From Chloracidobacterium sp. (lineage in GTDB: Bacteria; Acidobacteriota; Blastocatellia; Pyrinomonadales; Pyrinomonadaceae): a DNA stretch of 64,000 nucleotides. The notes under the pieces were generated by a model that was not told the DNA's origin, searched no databases, and was given only the letters and a program-made list of their open reading frames with translations. The position numbers and the translations under genes were made by a program. The DNA lies in contig JADJRV010000020.1 in NCBI GenBank assembly GCA_016712045.1, forward strand, positions 866 through 64,865. Reading direction: 5' to 3'. Numbering within the stretch: the first letter of the stretch is position 1; the number at the start of each line of letters is the position of its first letter. This document shows, one piece after another, positions 40,310-49,901 of this stretch.

Positions 40310-40486
40310 TTACTTCGCGGTATCAGTCACAGATTGGACGGTCGCGGGTGCTGATTGGTTTGCCGGTGATTTTGGCTTGTTAAACCACGACTTGGGCGTC
40401 GCAAAAATAAATATCATTATCAAAATGCACAAAACGTCCCATTGCCACGAAGCCCTTTCATAGTTCCAATTGATCACGTTTTTCAT
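40310..40486 (-). CDS. small single-TM protein (58 aa; below the ORF-track cutoff)
   Basis: MKNVINWNYERASWQWDVLCILIMIFIFATPKSWFNKPKSPANQSAPATVQSVTDTAK. Starts 10 nt after the ABC ATPase stop. Confidence 0.4.
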   Translation of the reverse strand: MKNVINWNYERASWQWDVLCILIMIFIFATPKSWFNKPKSPANQSAPATVQSVTDTAK

Positions 40487-40496
40487 ACGGCTTTAT

Positions 40497-41171
40497 TCAG
40501 TTGACTATATGGCCATCACGCATCTGTATCGTCCGCGTGCAGACCGCCGCAGCCTCAGGGTTGTGCGTGATCATGATGATCGTCTGGCCAAATTTTTCAT
40601 TTAGCTCCTTGAACATTTCCAGCACGATCTGCGAATTTTCCGAGTCGAGATTACCCGTCGGTTCATCCGCCAGGATGATCGCCGGGCCGTTGACGATCGC
40701 ACGCGCCAGAGCAACACGCTGCTGTTCGCCGCCGGACAGTTCGAGCGGCTTATGATGCATTTTATCCTCAAGTTTGAGCAGTCTCAAGACCTCACGACGA
40801 TTATCGGAATTTTTACCACTCTGGCCGGTGTGGATCTTTTCTGCCAATTTCAGGTTTCCCTCTGCCGATAATGTTGGAAAAAGGTTGAACCGTTGAAACA
40901 CAAAGCCGATCTTGCGCCGACGGATATCAGTTCGCCGTGCGTCGGAAACCTTGGCGAGATCCTCACCGTCGATCAAGATACTGCCGCTCGTTGGCGAAAG
41001 CAATCCGCCGAGTAAGTGGAGCAGCGTCGATTTACCACAGCCCGACGGGCCCATGATGGCAATAAACTCACCCTCGGCTACATCAAACGAAAGCCCTCGC
41101 AAAACCTGGACATCGAGCTTTCCGACTTTGTATGACTTTTTTAGATCTATGGTGCTTAGGATCGGTTTCAT
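40497..41171 (-). CDS. ABC transporter ATP-binding protein (LolD/MacB-type)
   Basis: Walker [11 protein letters not shown]-loop, signature [14 protein letters not shown], Walker [12 protein letters not shown]. Confidence 0.9.
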   Translation of the reverse strand: MKPILSTIDLKKSYKVGKLDVQVLRGLSFDVAEGEFIAIMGPSGCGKSTLLHLLGGLLSPTSGSILIDGEDLAKVSDARRTDIRRRKIGFVFQRFNLFPTLSAEGNLKLAEKIHTGQSGKNSDNRREVLRLLKLEDKMHHKPLELSGGEQQRVALARAIVNGPAIILADEPTGNLDSENSQIVLEMFKELNEKFGQTIIMITHNPEAAAVCTRTIQMRDGHIVN

Positions 41172-41183
41172 CTTCGGGGTGCG

Positions 41184-42257
41184 TTAGTTTTTTGTAATCG
41201 GGGCCTTGTTATCGAAAAGCGGTTGTTCAACGGTCGCTTCGAGCAATCGTTTGTCGAGATCGACCTCTTCTAAATTCCATGAATTTTGCAGCACGAACGC
41301 TGCATCAGGAAAAGTCGTGCCGATCGTAACAGCCTCAGGCGTCTGGTACGTCAATTTCATCGAGTACCGCTCTTTAGGCCTCGTGACCTGGATCTCTAGC
41401 GGTAGGTTCGGAAAGTTTCCAGTGGCCGTCAGACTGCCTTCTTTGCCGTAGACAATGTCGGATTCGATCTCGCCTTTGGCGTCGAATATCTGTTGCTTAG
41501 CAAGCCTGATCCCACCGACGCGGTCAAACCAAAATCGGCGCATTATCTTTAACATTCCGTCGGGCTGCTTTGAAAATTCGTCAAGCAGATAATAACCGCG
41601 TGTCACATTTCGAACCGGTGATTTTTTATCGACGCTCGTATCTTCTTCTTGCTGAAAGATCGTGCTCATCGCGTAGACATTTGCTTGGTCAGTGGGCCGC
41701 ACAAGCATTGCGTCGGTAAAATGCTGGGGCCGCAGGTTGGCAAATGCATTAACGCTTTCGTTTGTCTTTTTGGCGTTCTCAAGCTCGGCGGTGCTTAGCT
41801 GCTTTTGCAGTTTTGAGTAATCCGCACCGTTAGTTCCCTTTAGAAACTTTTTATATTTGCCGGTACCACCATCCTGCAAAATGGCAACTCGAAACTGTGC
41901 TCCATCAGACGTCATTTGAGCGACGTCTGAATGTATGATGGGCACCTGAACCTTGAGCAATATCTTACCTGGACGCTGAACGACAACTTCGCCATCCGCC
42001 TGCCGATAGACCTCTTTGCTCCCAAATTCCGCAAATGAATTATCTTCAAATTTGAGATCCATCTTTGCCCGCATCGAATTAACACGCGAAAAGCGGTCGA
42101 TCTCTTTTAGCAACTCCGCTTGAGAGGCATTTTCGGTCTTTAATAGACGTGCGGTCGCGCGATCTTGCTTGACCTTGATACAACCGGCAGACACGGCTAG
42201 AACCACGAAAAGTATCGCGGTACTGAGTCTTGTAAATTTGCCGTTTTTGGTCTTCAT
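41184..42257 (-). CDS. lipoprotein, probably with a LolA/LolB-like fold (outer-membrane lipoprotein-sorting-like)
   Basis: Lipobox AVSAGC after MKTKNGKFTRLSTAILFVVL. The fold assignment rests only on pattern and context. Confidence 0.55.
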   Translation of the reverse strand: MKTKNGKFTRLSTAILFVVLAVSAGCIKVKQDRATARLLKTENASQAELLKEIDRFSRVNSMRAKMDLKFEDNSFAEFGSKEVYRQADGEVVVQRPGKILLKVQVPIIHSDVAQMTSDGAQFRVAILQDGGTGKYKKFLKGTNGADYSKLQKQLSTAELENAKKTNESVNAFANLRPQHFTDAMLVRPTDQANVYAMSTIFQQEEDTSVDKKSPVRNVTRGYYLLDEFSKQPDGMLKIMRRFWFDRVGGIRLAKQQIFDAKGEIESDIVYGKEGSLTATGNFPNLPLEIQVTRPKERYSMKLTYQTPEAVTIGTTFPDAAFVLQNSWNLEEVDLDKRLLEATVEQPLFDNKAPITKN

Positions 42258-42354
42258 TCGTTTCCGATGGTTCAGACACGTGGGGCGTTGCAACTAATCG
42301 CCTATCAACGTGTCAAACGCAAGATAATAGCACGTCAAAACGCCATTTACCACC

Positions 42355-42401
42355 AATGAAAAGACGCGGGAACGAGATATAAATTTCTCCCGCTCCCGCG
42401 T
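42355..42401 (-). terminator. terminator at the end of the respiratory operon
   Basis: Minus sense: ACGCGGGAGCGGGAGA...ATCTCGTTCCCGCGT imperfect hairpin followed by CTTTTCATT. Confidence 0.5.
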
Positions 42402-42423
42402 TCAATCTAATAAAAACTGAAAT

Positions 42424-42753
42424 TTAACCGGAAAAAGTTCCGGAACCACGTGTAAGGTAATCCTGCATCGTGTACGCAAACATGATCGCCAGCCAGAAAA
42501 AGCTGCCGACGGCCGCCAGCCAGATCAGCCTTTTGCTCCAATAGACGTGCATAAAGAAAAGCATCACGAACGTCATCTTTGTAAATGCGATCAACAACGC
42601 GACAAGTGTATTCGCTCCTGGAAAAAAGCGATCCATGTCGACCGTCGCCGCAAAATATGTGGCGATCGTGCCGACAACGAGTATCATAAATATCCCAATA
42701 TACTTGGGAATATTCATATGTTCATGGTCGTGTTCGTTATGTGTATCTGCCAT
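42424..42753 (-). CDS. cytochrome c oxidase subunit IV (small prokaryotic subunit)
   Basis: 109 aa with three TM helices and a His-rich N-terminus, immediately downstream of subunit III. Confidence 0.7.
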   Translation of the reverse strand: MADTHNEHDHEHMNIPKYIGIFMILVVGTIATYFAATVDMDRFFPGANTLVALLIAFTKMTFVMLFFMHVYWSKRLIWLAAVGSFFWLAIMFAYTMQDYLTRGSGTFSG

Positions 42754-42762
42754 AATCAGCCT

Positions 42763-43662
42763 CTAATGAAGAAAATGTCTGCCCAGCAAATATAACAGCG
42801 GGAACAGGAAAATCCAGACAATATCGACAAAGTGCCAATAAAGTCCTGACATCTCGACCGGCATATAATACTCGGACGTGTAATGCCCACGAAACGCTGT
42901 CCATAACAACCACAGCATTAATCCCAAACCGACGATCATGTGCAGAGCGTGCAGCCCGGTCATTACAAAATATAGGAAAAAGAAAATGCGGACTTTGTCG
43001 CGAAACTTATTGGCGTCGATCCTTTCCCCACCGTTTTCGTCTTTAACAAAATAACCGATCTTTTCGGACTCTGTAAGAAAATTCTTGTCCTGTGCGAGTT
43101 TGACGAGCGAGCAATCTGTCCACTGAAACTCACCGTGCGGATTTGCATGTTCGACGACTGGAGCGTTGTGATCTACTTCCCAGCAAGGCTTTTCGTGTTC
43201 GGTTTCATGAGCCGCTTTGTCATCCTTGATCTTTTTGTTGAGCCCGGCGACGGGTATTAACCCGTGATTGTATTTATCGGTGTATTCGATCGCCTTAACG
43301 CCCAAAAATGTCGCACCAAAGATCATCGTCAGCACGATCATGATGACCTGCATCCAGCGGTTACTCTTTTGCGCGTAATAAACAGTTAATGCCATCGTCA
43401 GCGAACTGACGATCAGCACTAGCGTATTCAGCCCGCCCCAAAACGCGTCGAGGTGGTTAGAGCCGGCGGCAAAGGCCATCGGATATTTAGAGCGAAATAC
43501 GAGATAGGCCGTAAAAAGCCCGCCGAAAAACAGGATCTCCTGAACGAGGAACATCCACATCCCGATCGAGACGCTCTCTTCCTGTTGGCCCATGTCTTCG
43601 AACTGGTGCTGTAAGCCCGGCTCGTGATAAACAAACTTATCTGATGTTTCGTGTGTCGACAT
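42763..43662 (-). CDS. ctaE: cytochrome c oxidase subunit III with a large soluble insertion
   Basis: QHQFED...[16 protein letters not shown]..., ...[18 protein letters not shown]..., ...[13 protein letters not shown]. About 70-90 extra residues lie between the EY helix and the FF..TG.H helix. Confidence 0.9.
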   Translation of the reverse strand: MSTHETSDKFVYHEPGLQHQFEDMGQQEESVSIGMWMFLVQEILFFGGLFTAYLVFRSKYPMAFAAGSNHLDAFWGGLNTLVLIVSSLTMALTVYYAQKSNRWMQVIMIVLTMIFGATFLGVKAIEYTDKYNHGLIPVAGLNKKIKDDKAAHETEHEKPCWEVDHNAPVVEHANPHGEFQWTDCSLVKLAQDKNFLTESEKIGYFVKDENGGERIDANKFRDKVRIFFFLYFVMTGLHALHMIVGLGLMLWLLWTAFRGHYTSEYYMPVEMSGLYWHFVDIVWIFLFPLLYLLGRHFLH

Positions 43663-43681
43663 TTGTGTTAATTAGGACCGT

Positions 43682-45355
43682 TTACGCAACGCCAGCCGCA
43701 TCGCGACGCTTTGCTCCCTCGAGATCCAAGCCGCTCTCTTCGCCAAATTCATATGCCTCCCAAGTAACAACAGGCATTACGTCAAAATTTTCAGTTGGCG
43801 GCGGTGAACTGGTACGCCATTCTAATCCCGGATGCATCCACGGGTTATCGCCCGCTTTCTTACCAAATATCAGCGAGTGCGTAAGATAAATGACCGGCAT
43901 GACAAGTCCGATACCTAGTACTGAAGCACCGGCGGTCGAAAAGATATTAAGTACCTGTAATTCCTCAGGATAAGCGGCGTAACGACGCGGCATGCCCTGA
44001 TAGCCAAGTATGAACTGTGGAAAGAACGTTAGGTTAAAGCCCACAAAAACGAGCATCGCCGAGATCTTACCCCAAAATTCTGAATACATACGGCCAGTCA
44101 TTTTCGGCCACCAGTAATGGATACCGCCTAGATAAGCGATAACCTGTCCGCCGACCATCACGTAATGAAAGTGAGCGACGACAAAATATGTATCCGTCAG
44201 ATGAACCGTCAGACCCATCGCACCGAGAAACAACCCGGTCAGGCCGCCGATCAGAAACAAACCCATGAAACCGAGAGCGTATAACATGGGTGTATCAAAC
44301 GAGATGGACCCTTTATACAAAGTAGCGGTCCAGTTGAACATCTTGATCGCCGACGGCACGGCAACAACCATCGTCAGGAACGAGAAAACCATTCCGGCGT
44401 ACATCGATTGGCCGCTGACAAACATATGGTGTCCCCAGACGAGGAAACCAAAAACAGCGATCGCGATACTCGAAAAAGCGATGAATTCGTAACCAAAAAC
44501 CTTCTTTCTCGAAAAGTTTGAGATCAGCTCAGAGATGACGCCCATTCCCGGCAAGATCATGATATAGACCGCCGGATGAGAATAGAACCAGAACATGTGC
44601 TGGAACAGGATCGGATCGCCGCCTATCGACGGGTCGAAAATACCGACATGCGTGGCGCGTTCGATAGCGAGCAGCAGCACAGTGATGGCCACGACCGGTG
44701 TTCCGAGGATCATCACCAGACTCGTCGCGTAATGAGCCCACACAAACAAAGGCATACGGAACCAGGTCATTCCCGGTGCACGCATTGTGTGGATCGTGAC
44801 AATAAAATTCAATCCTGTCAGGATCGACGAGAACCCATTAACAAAGATACCCAAGCCCACAAACATCACGAACGAATTCGAGAATGTCGTACTGTACGGC
44901 GTGTAGAACGTCCAACCCGTATCAACACCGCCCTGCATAAGAGCGAACAACGTCAAACCGCCGCCGAGCCAATAGATATAAAGACTTATAAGATTGATAC
45001 GCGGCAGAGCAAGGTCTTTGGCACCGATCATGAGCGGTAACAAGAAGTTCCCCAAAATAGCCGGGATCGACGGGATCAAGAAGAAAAAGATCATCAAGAT
45101 GCCGTGCTGCGTAAAGACTTTGTTATAAGTCGCAGTATCGACTAGATCGCTAGCGGGCGTCAGCAATTCCAAACGGATGGTGGCCGCGTAGAGCCCGCCC
45201 ATCATAAAGAAAACCGACACCGAGATCAGATACATGATCGCAATGCGTTTATGATCTTTGGTCAGTAGCCACGATGCCAATGTCGAACCATTGGTCAAAT
45301 AATTACCCTTGGGCGTGTCGACGTGGCCTTCTGTGATTGCAGTTTGCGCGTTCAT
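43682..45355 (-). CDS. ctaD: cytochrome c oxidase subunit I
   Basis: 557 aa with [29 protein letters not shown] and other canonical heme-copper oxidase motifs. Confidence 0.97.
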   Translation of the reverse strand: MNAQTAITEGHVDTPKGNYLTNGSTLASWLLTKDHKRIAIMYLISVSVFFMMGGLYAATIRLELLTPASDLVDTATYNKVFTQHGILMIFFFLIPSIPAILGNFLLPLMIGAKDLALPRINLISLYIYWLGGGLTLFALMQGGVDTGWTFYTPYSTTFSNSFVMFVGLGIFVNGFSSILTGLNFIVTIHTMRAPGMTWFRMPLFVWAHYATSLVMILGTPVVAITVLLLAIERATHVGIFDPSIGGDPILFQHMFWFYSHPAVYIMILPGMGVISELISNFSRKKVFGYEFIAFSSIAIAVFGFLVWGHHMFVSGQSMYAGMVFSFLTMVVAVPSAIKMFNWTATLYKGSISFDTPMLYALGFMGLFLIGGLTGLFLGAMGLTVHLTDTYFVVAHFHYVMVGGQVIAYLGGIHYWWPKMTGRMYSEFWGKISAMLVFVGFNLTFFPQFILGYQGMPRRYAAYPEELQVLNIFSTAGASVLGIGLVMPVIYLTHSLIFGKKAGDNPWMHPGLEWRTSSPPPTENFDVMPVVTWEAYEFGEESGLDLEGAKRRDAAGVA

Positions 45356-45367
45356 AATCCTTAAAAA

Positions 45368-46411
45368 CTACTTATTCGTGTTCGCGGCCGGTTTTGCAGC
45401 CGGCTTATTGGCAGCTGCCGTGTTTGCATTTGCGGCCGGTGCCCCAGGCATAGCCGCGGTTGACGCAGCGGCATTCGGGCTAAGCGATTTAATATAAGCT
45501 ATCAATGCATTGAGCTGCTCTTCGGTCACCTGGCCCTTAAATGTCGGCATTATCGGTTGAAACCCTTCGACAACCTGTGACGACGGGTTGAGGATCGAAT
45601 TACGAAGATATTGCTCGTCAGCCTTAACCGTGGCTCCGCCGACCAATTTTACGTCGTGATTATAAATACCTTCGAGTTTCGCACCGCGTTGTGCCGGTCC
45701 ACCCGCGTGGCACGATGCACAGCCGAGCTTGTTCGTAAATAGGTCTTTGCCCATCTCGACCGGAGTCTGGCCCGAGACGCTGCCGCTCAACCAATTGTCA
45801 AAATCACGCTGCTCCATCACGTATATCCAACCACCCATTCCCGAATGGTTTAGGCCGCAGTATTCGGCGCAATAGAGATGATATTTGCCCGGCTTTGTCG
45901 CCTCGAACCACATATAAGTGTAGCGTCCCGGAACGACGTCAGCTTTTGTGCGAAATGCCGGTATCGAAAAATCGTGCAGCACGTCTTCAGTCGTCATTGT
46001 CAACTTGACCTTGCGTCCGACGGGAATATGCAGTTCGTTTATCTCACGCTGGCCCGTTTGATGCTGGGCTTTCCACATCCACTGCTTACCGACGACATAG
46101 ATCTCCATCGAGTCTTCGGGCGGCGTGAATTGGTTAAAATATATCAGGGCACCGCCGATAAAAATCGTCATCGAGATAACGAACGGAATTATCGACCAAA
46201 CCGTTTCAAGCAGCATTGAACCATGCATTTCTTCGGGCGTCGCGTATTTCTCAGTCTCGCGGTATTTCAAGGCGAAAACAAAGATCGCTACCACGATAGG
46301 AATCGAGAAAGCAATGCTTACCGCGATCAGATAAAAATACAGGGCATCTACCTGCCACGCGAAAGTCGAGGCCTGATCCGGAAATAATGGTACCCACGTT
46401 GTGTTCTGCAT
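45368..46411 (-). CDS. ctaC: cytochrome c oxidase subunit II with fused C-terminal cytochrome c (caa3-type)
   Basis: CuA site HDF...CAEYCGLNHSGM, and a C-terminal CASCH heme c motif. Confidence 0.95.
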   Translation of the reverse strand: MQNTTWVPLFPDQASTFAWQVDALYFYLIAVSIAFSIPIVVAIFVFALKYRETEKYATPEEMHGSMLLETVWSIIPFVISMTIFIGGALIYFNQFTPPEDSMEIYVVGKQWMWKAQHQTGQREINELHIPVGRKVKLTMTTEDVLHDFSIPAFRTKADVVPGRYTYMWFEATKPGKYHLYCAEYCGLNHSGMGGWIYVMEQRDFDNWLSGSVSGQTPVEMGKDLFTNKLGCASCHAGGPAQRGAKLEGIYNHDVKLVGGATVKADEQYLRNSILNPSSQVVEGFQPIMPTFKGQVTEEQLNALIAYIKSLSPNAAASTAAMPGAPAANANTAAANKPAAKPAANTNK

Positions 46412-46434
46412 AACTCAGTTGTCAGTTGTCAGTC
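46412..46434 (-). repeat. CTGACAA heptamer array directly upstream of the ctaC start codon
   Basis: Minus sense: GCGA CTGACAA CTGACAA CTGAGTT ATG. Confidence 0.7.
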
Positions 46435-46451
46435 GCTAAGACGATCAACCA

Positions 46452-47285
46452 CTACTCACTATCTACTGCCTTTCGTTTATTTCTCCGCCAAAATACAAAT
46501 CCCATAAGCCCCATCACGGCAAGGGTCAGGACACCGCCCACTCGCATTACACGCAGGATCGCGAGACCGTACTTACCCGTCGATGGATCGTAATGATAAC
46601 AATATAGCAACAGTTGCTCGGCGGCTGTGCCAACCTTGCCCTCATTCGACTCCATGATGCCAAACTTGATATCTTTGGGCGAATAATCTATACCGTACAA
46701 ATATCGTGAAAGCTTGCCCTCAGGCGTCGCGATCATCACACCTGCGGCATGGGCAAATTGGCCGCTTTTCTCATCCCACTTAAAACTAAATCCTGCGGCC
46801 GCGGTCGCCTTTTCGATCGATTCTTGTGTGCCGGTAAGGAAATGCCACCCTTTTTCTGCTCCGCCACGCCCGTATCGCTCTACATAGCTCGCCTTTTTGT
46901 TCTTGGCCAGATCAGGCTTGTCGTTCTCACGAGCGTCAAAGCTGATCGCGACCACATCAAAATCTTTTCCTGCGTCAAACGTTATCCCTTTCAACGCCCC
47001 GCTCAGTCCGTTGAGCACCTGATTGCAGAGCATCGGGCATTCGTAATAAACGAACGCGATGATCACCGGACGTCCGGTGTTAAAATAGCTCCCAAGCTTG
47101 ACCGTCTTACCGTCCTCATCCTTAAACTCAACATCCATCGGCATCTGGGCTCCGAGCTTTTGCTCGATACCGATAGTTTTCAAAGCTTCCGGCAGGCCGT
47201 TAGGCTCGGACATCGCCGGATCGTAGGTTCGCGGGCTGTAAAGCGGCGAATTGTAATGCTCGTTCTTTTGAGCGAAGACGCTCAA
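46452..47285 (-). CDS. SCO1/SenC family copper chaperone (thioredoxin fold) with a C-terminal TM anchor
   Basis: CPMLC motif (FVYYECPMLCNQ) and a conserved His region. The in-frame upstream 29 codons encode a signal peptide but contain no canonical start (see findings). Confidence 0.9.
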   Translation of the reverse strand: MSVFAQKNEHYNSPLYSPRTYDPAMSEPNGLPEALKTIGIEQKLGAQMPMDVEFKDEDGKTVKLGSYFNTGRPVIIAFVYYECPMLCNQVLNGLSGALKGITFDAGKDFDVVAISFDARENDKPDLAKNKKASYVERYGRGGAEKGWHFLTGTQESIEKATAAAGFSFKWDEKSGQFAHAAGVMIATPEGKLSRYLYGIDYSPKDIKFGIMESNEGKVGTAAEQLLLYCYHYDPSTGKYGLAILRVMRVGGVLTLAVMGLMGFVFWRRNKRKAVDSE

Positions 47286-47292
47286 AGTTAAT

Positions 47293-47399
47293 AGTGAAAA
47301 ACTAAAAGCGAAAAGTGATAGGAAAAACGCAACCCTCAGCCATCGGCTGGTAATGCGAAACCTGTGAAACTTTTAGTTTTTAGCTTTTCACTTTTCACT
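47293..47399. repeat. GTGAAAA/CTAAAAG-word inverted repeat enclosing the SCO translation start
   Basis: Arms at 47293-47317 and 47370-47399 (19 of 22 positions complementary). The loop contains ATG 47343. Confidence 0.7.
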
Positions 47400-47408
47400 T
47401 ACTAATAC

Positions 47409-47948
47409 TTACCTTCGCTTTTCTGACGCCAAACGCCCCGCACTCGATTCTGAAATAAAGGCATGCGAACTCTTAAGTAACGCTTCGGCTTCGGCACCTG
47501 ATTTTGCCTTTACGTTTTGGCTAAGGAATTTTTCTTTAGCCTCATCTATCGGCATGACGGTCACCGTTCCGGTTTTTGCGTCCTTTTTGCCATGTTCCCA
47601 AAGAACGAGCCATTGCTTATACAGTTCCCGATACTCGGCTTGTGGAGGGCCTAACTCCAGGTTGACCCAGCCTTTTTCAGACTCAACGCCGAAACCGGGA
47701 GCAGCTTGGAGCCGAGGCTCGGCCGGAAGCCGTTCTTTCTCGTTCATTACCATCGGGTTCGCCGGGCCGGCGTTCTCTTTGTGGTAGTCTTTAAGGACAT
47801 TGAGCAGTGCCCACATCAGGCCAAACGTGATAACGATCAAGAGAAAAAGCCCGACCGCGAACGAAAAGATGCCTTTCAGCCCTATCTCATTCTCTTCGTA
47901 GGCCTTATTAAGGTCTGCGACGCTGTCACTATGTTTCTTTGACGACAT
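47409..47948 (-). CDS. single-TM membrane protein in the ACIII operon (position of the ActG/ActH-type accessory subunit)
   Basis: 179 aa with one TM helix (IFSFAVGLFLLIVITFGLMWALL), located between actF and SCO. No family recognised. Confidence 0.5.
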   Translation of the reverse strand: MSSKKHSDSVADLNKAYEENEIGLKGIFSFAVGLFLLIVITFGLMWALLNVLKDYHKENAGPANPMVMNEKERLPAEPRLQAAPGFGVESEKGWVNLELGPPQAEYRELYKQWLVLWEHGKKDAKTGTVTVMPIDEAKEKFLSQNVKAKSGAEAEALLKSSHAFISESSAGRLASEKRR

Positions 47949-47975
47949 ATCAGTTTTTACTCAGCCAACCGTTAA

Positions 47976-49193
47976 CTAATGCCCGTGGCCGTGCTCGACA
48001 GCCCCTTCAAAATACGGATCCTTTGCCGGTACCATTGGACGTTTTAGCAACTGCCCAAAAAACCACCACAACCAGATACCGCCGATCGCGATAGGAGCAA
48101 CAATATCCAACCAACTGATAAAGAATGCTCCCTGCTCTAGCGTGCCCGATACGCGATCTGTCGGCCCGATCAGGTAAAACATATCAACGATACGCATCAC
48201 CAAAATGAACATCGCAACAGATGCCAGCCAACGTGCTTTTCGCTTGAAATCTTGCTGGAGCAAAACTAAGAAAGGAAAAGCAAAGTGGAACAGGATCAAA
48301 CCGATACCGACATAGCCCCAACCGCCTTTCATTCTGGCCAAATACCAAGTCGTTTCTTCGGGAAGGTTACCTGCCCAGATGATCAGGAACTGCGAAAAAT
48401 TGAAATACGCCCAGACCATCGTCAGTGCAAGCATAAGCTTACCGAGGTCATGGAAATGGCGTTTGCCAAGTACACGGTTCATCGGGGCCGAATCCGAAAG
48501 GTTTGCGAGGATCGTCACGCAAAAGCAGAAACAGCTCAGTCCCCATCCGGCAACAAACAACAGCCCCCACATCGTCGAGAACCAATGAGCATCGAGCATC
48601 ATCATCCAATCGACGACCGCAAATGTCACCGCCAATGCAAAAAAGACCATTGCCGGGCCTGAGAAGCGCGAGGCTTTTTCGAGCACCAACCGCGATTCTT
48701 CAACCGTTTCCGTCTTGTCTTGCTTCACCGACCATCCATTCAGCAGATAGATCATGAAACCGAACACGGCGAAATAAATGGCCGCACGCACGATCCAAAA
48801 CCACGGCGTCATATAAACGCCTCGATGGGCCATGATCGGGTCATCAGCCGGCAGATGTGTCCATTCAAAAACCGAGTGCGTCCAAACGCCGATCGCGAGC
48901 GGTACGAACAATAAGACTACGAGCGGAAATGTCCGCGTCGCTGCCTCAAGCGTGCGGCGAATAACAACACCCCAGGCTCCGCCGGTCAGATACTGGAGCA
49001 TCAAAACGCCCAACGAACCAAACGTGATGCCGGCCCAGAAAATAAATCCGAGCAGCCACGAGCGCAGGCCCTGTTCGGGGTTCAAATATGTTCCGACTGC
49101 CCAAGCGAGCAAGGCAATACCGCCCGCACCGAGAGCGAGTGTTCGCCAACGGTTGATCACGGCCGGTGCTTGATAGTCATCAAGATTTGCCAT
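47976..49193 (-). CDS. actF: alternative complex III subunit ActF (NrfD-like membrane subunit)
   Basis: 405 aa polytopic protein directly after actE. The operon order matches ACIII. Confidence 0.85.
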   Translation of the reverse strand: MANLDDYQAPAVINRWRTLALGAGGIALLAWAVGTYLNPEQGLRSWLLGFIFWAGITFGSLGVLMLQYLTGGAWGVVIRRTLEAATRTFPLVVLLFVPLAIGVWTHSVFEWTHLPADDPIMAHRGVYMTPWFWIVRAAIYFAVFGFMIYLLNGWSVKQDKTETVEESRLVLEKASRFSGPAMVFFALAVTFAVVDWMMMLDAHWFSTMWGLLFVAGWGLSCFCFCVTILANLSDSAPMNRVLGKRHFHDLGKLMLALTMVWAYFNFSQFLIIWAGNLPEETTWYLARMKGGWGYVGIGLILFHFAFPFLVLLQQDFKRKARWLASVAMFILVMRIVDMFYLIGPTDRVSGTLEQGAFFISWLDIVAPIAIGGIWLWWFFGQLLKRPMVPAKDPYFEGAVEHGHGH

Positions 49194-49901
49194 TTAGCGG
49201 TGTCCTCCGTTCGTGTTCGCGTTGGTTGTCTCAGCCGGCTTCGGAGCAGCCGCGTTCGATTCAGGTTTTGTGCTCATTTTGAGACTTTCTTCCGGGTTCT
49301 GACTGACCTGCAAAGCCCGAATGTATGCAACGATCGCCCAGCGGTCAGCCGGTTGTATCTGATACGAATAACTACTCATCCGGCCCCAACCATTTGTCAT
49401 AACATCAAAGAAATGGCCTACCGGAGCATTGCGTAAACGGTCGTCATGATAGGTCGGCGGTTTTGGAAAGCCGCGACGCACGACCATACCGTCGCCGTTG
49501 CCGACCGGGCCGTGGCACACGATGCAGTGGTTGTTGTAGCGATCCTGTCCGCGATCGACCAATTCCTTGGTGACCGGGATCGGAAATTCGTCGATGTCGT
49601 TAGGAAAGCTGGTTACCAGCGTATTACCGGCCGCCGTAACCGTGCTCGTAACAACGGCGTTTAAATCCGGATTCTCGATCTTGCCGGTGTAAAAGGCTTT
49701 ATTGTCCTGAAGGTGGCCTCGGGCCACAGTTCCGGCGACCTGGTCGCGTGTCGACAGGCCGTCCTTGAACCACTCGCTCTTTTTATACACCTTGTAACGC
49801 GGCTGGTCCTGCATATCAAAACGCAAGCCACAACCGACCGTGAGCAGACAGTAGGCAGTAAGCAAAAGGCCGTAGAGGTAGTTGCGTTTATTCTTCAACA
49901 T
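49194..49901 (-). CDS. actE: alternative complex III subunit ActE (monoheme cytochrome c lipoprotein)
   Basis: ATG 49901 gives MLKNKRNYLYGLLLTAYCLLTVGC (lipobox). Single CIVCH heme motif. Confidence 0.85.
   Translation of the reverse strand: MLKNKRNYLYGLLLTAYCLLTVGCGLRFDMQDQPRYKVYKKSEWFKDGLSTRDQVAGTVARGHLQDNKAFYTGKIENPDLNAVVTSTVTAAGNTLVTSFPNDIDEFPIPVTKELVDRGQDRYNNHCIVCHGPVGNGDGMVVRRGFPKPPTYHDDRLRNAPVGHFFDVMTNGWGRMSSYSYQIQPADRWAIVAYIRALQVSQNPEESLKMSTKPESNAAAPKPAETTNANTNGGHR

Noticed and set aside
47305-47343. 13-codon ORF from ATG 47343 (MAEGCVFPITFRF) as a regulatory leader peptide of SCO.
   Set aside because: It has no SD and no independent support. A 1-nt error or non-canonical start is equally likely, so it is kept only as an alternative within the SCO-start finding.
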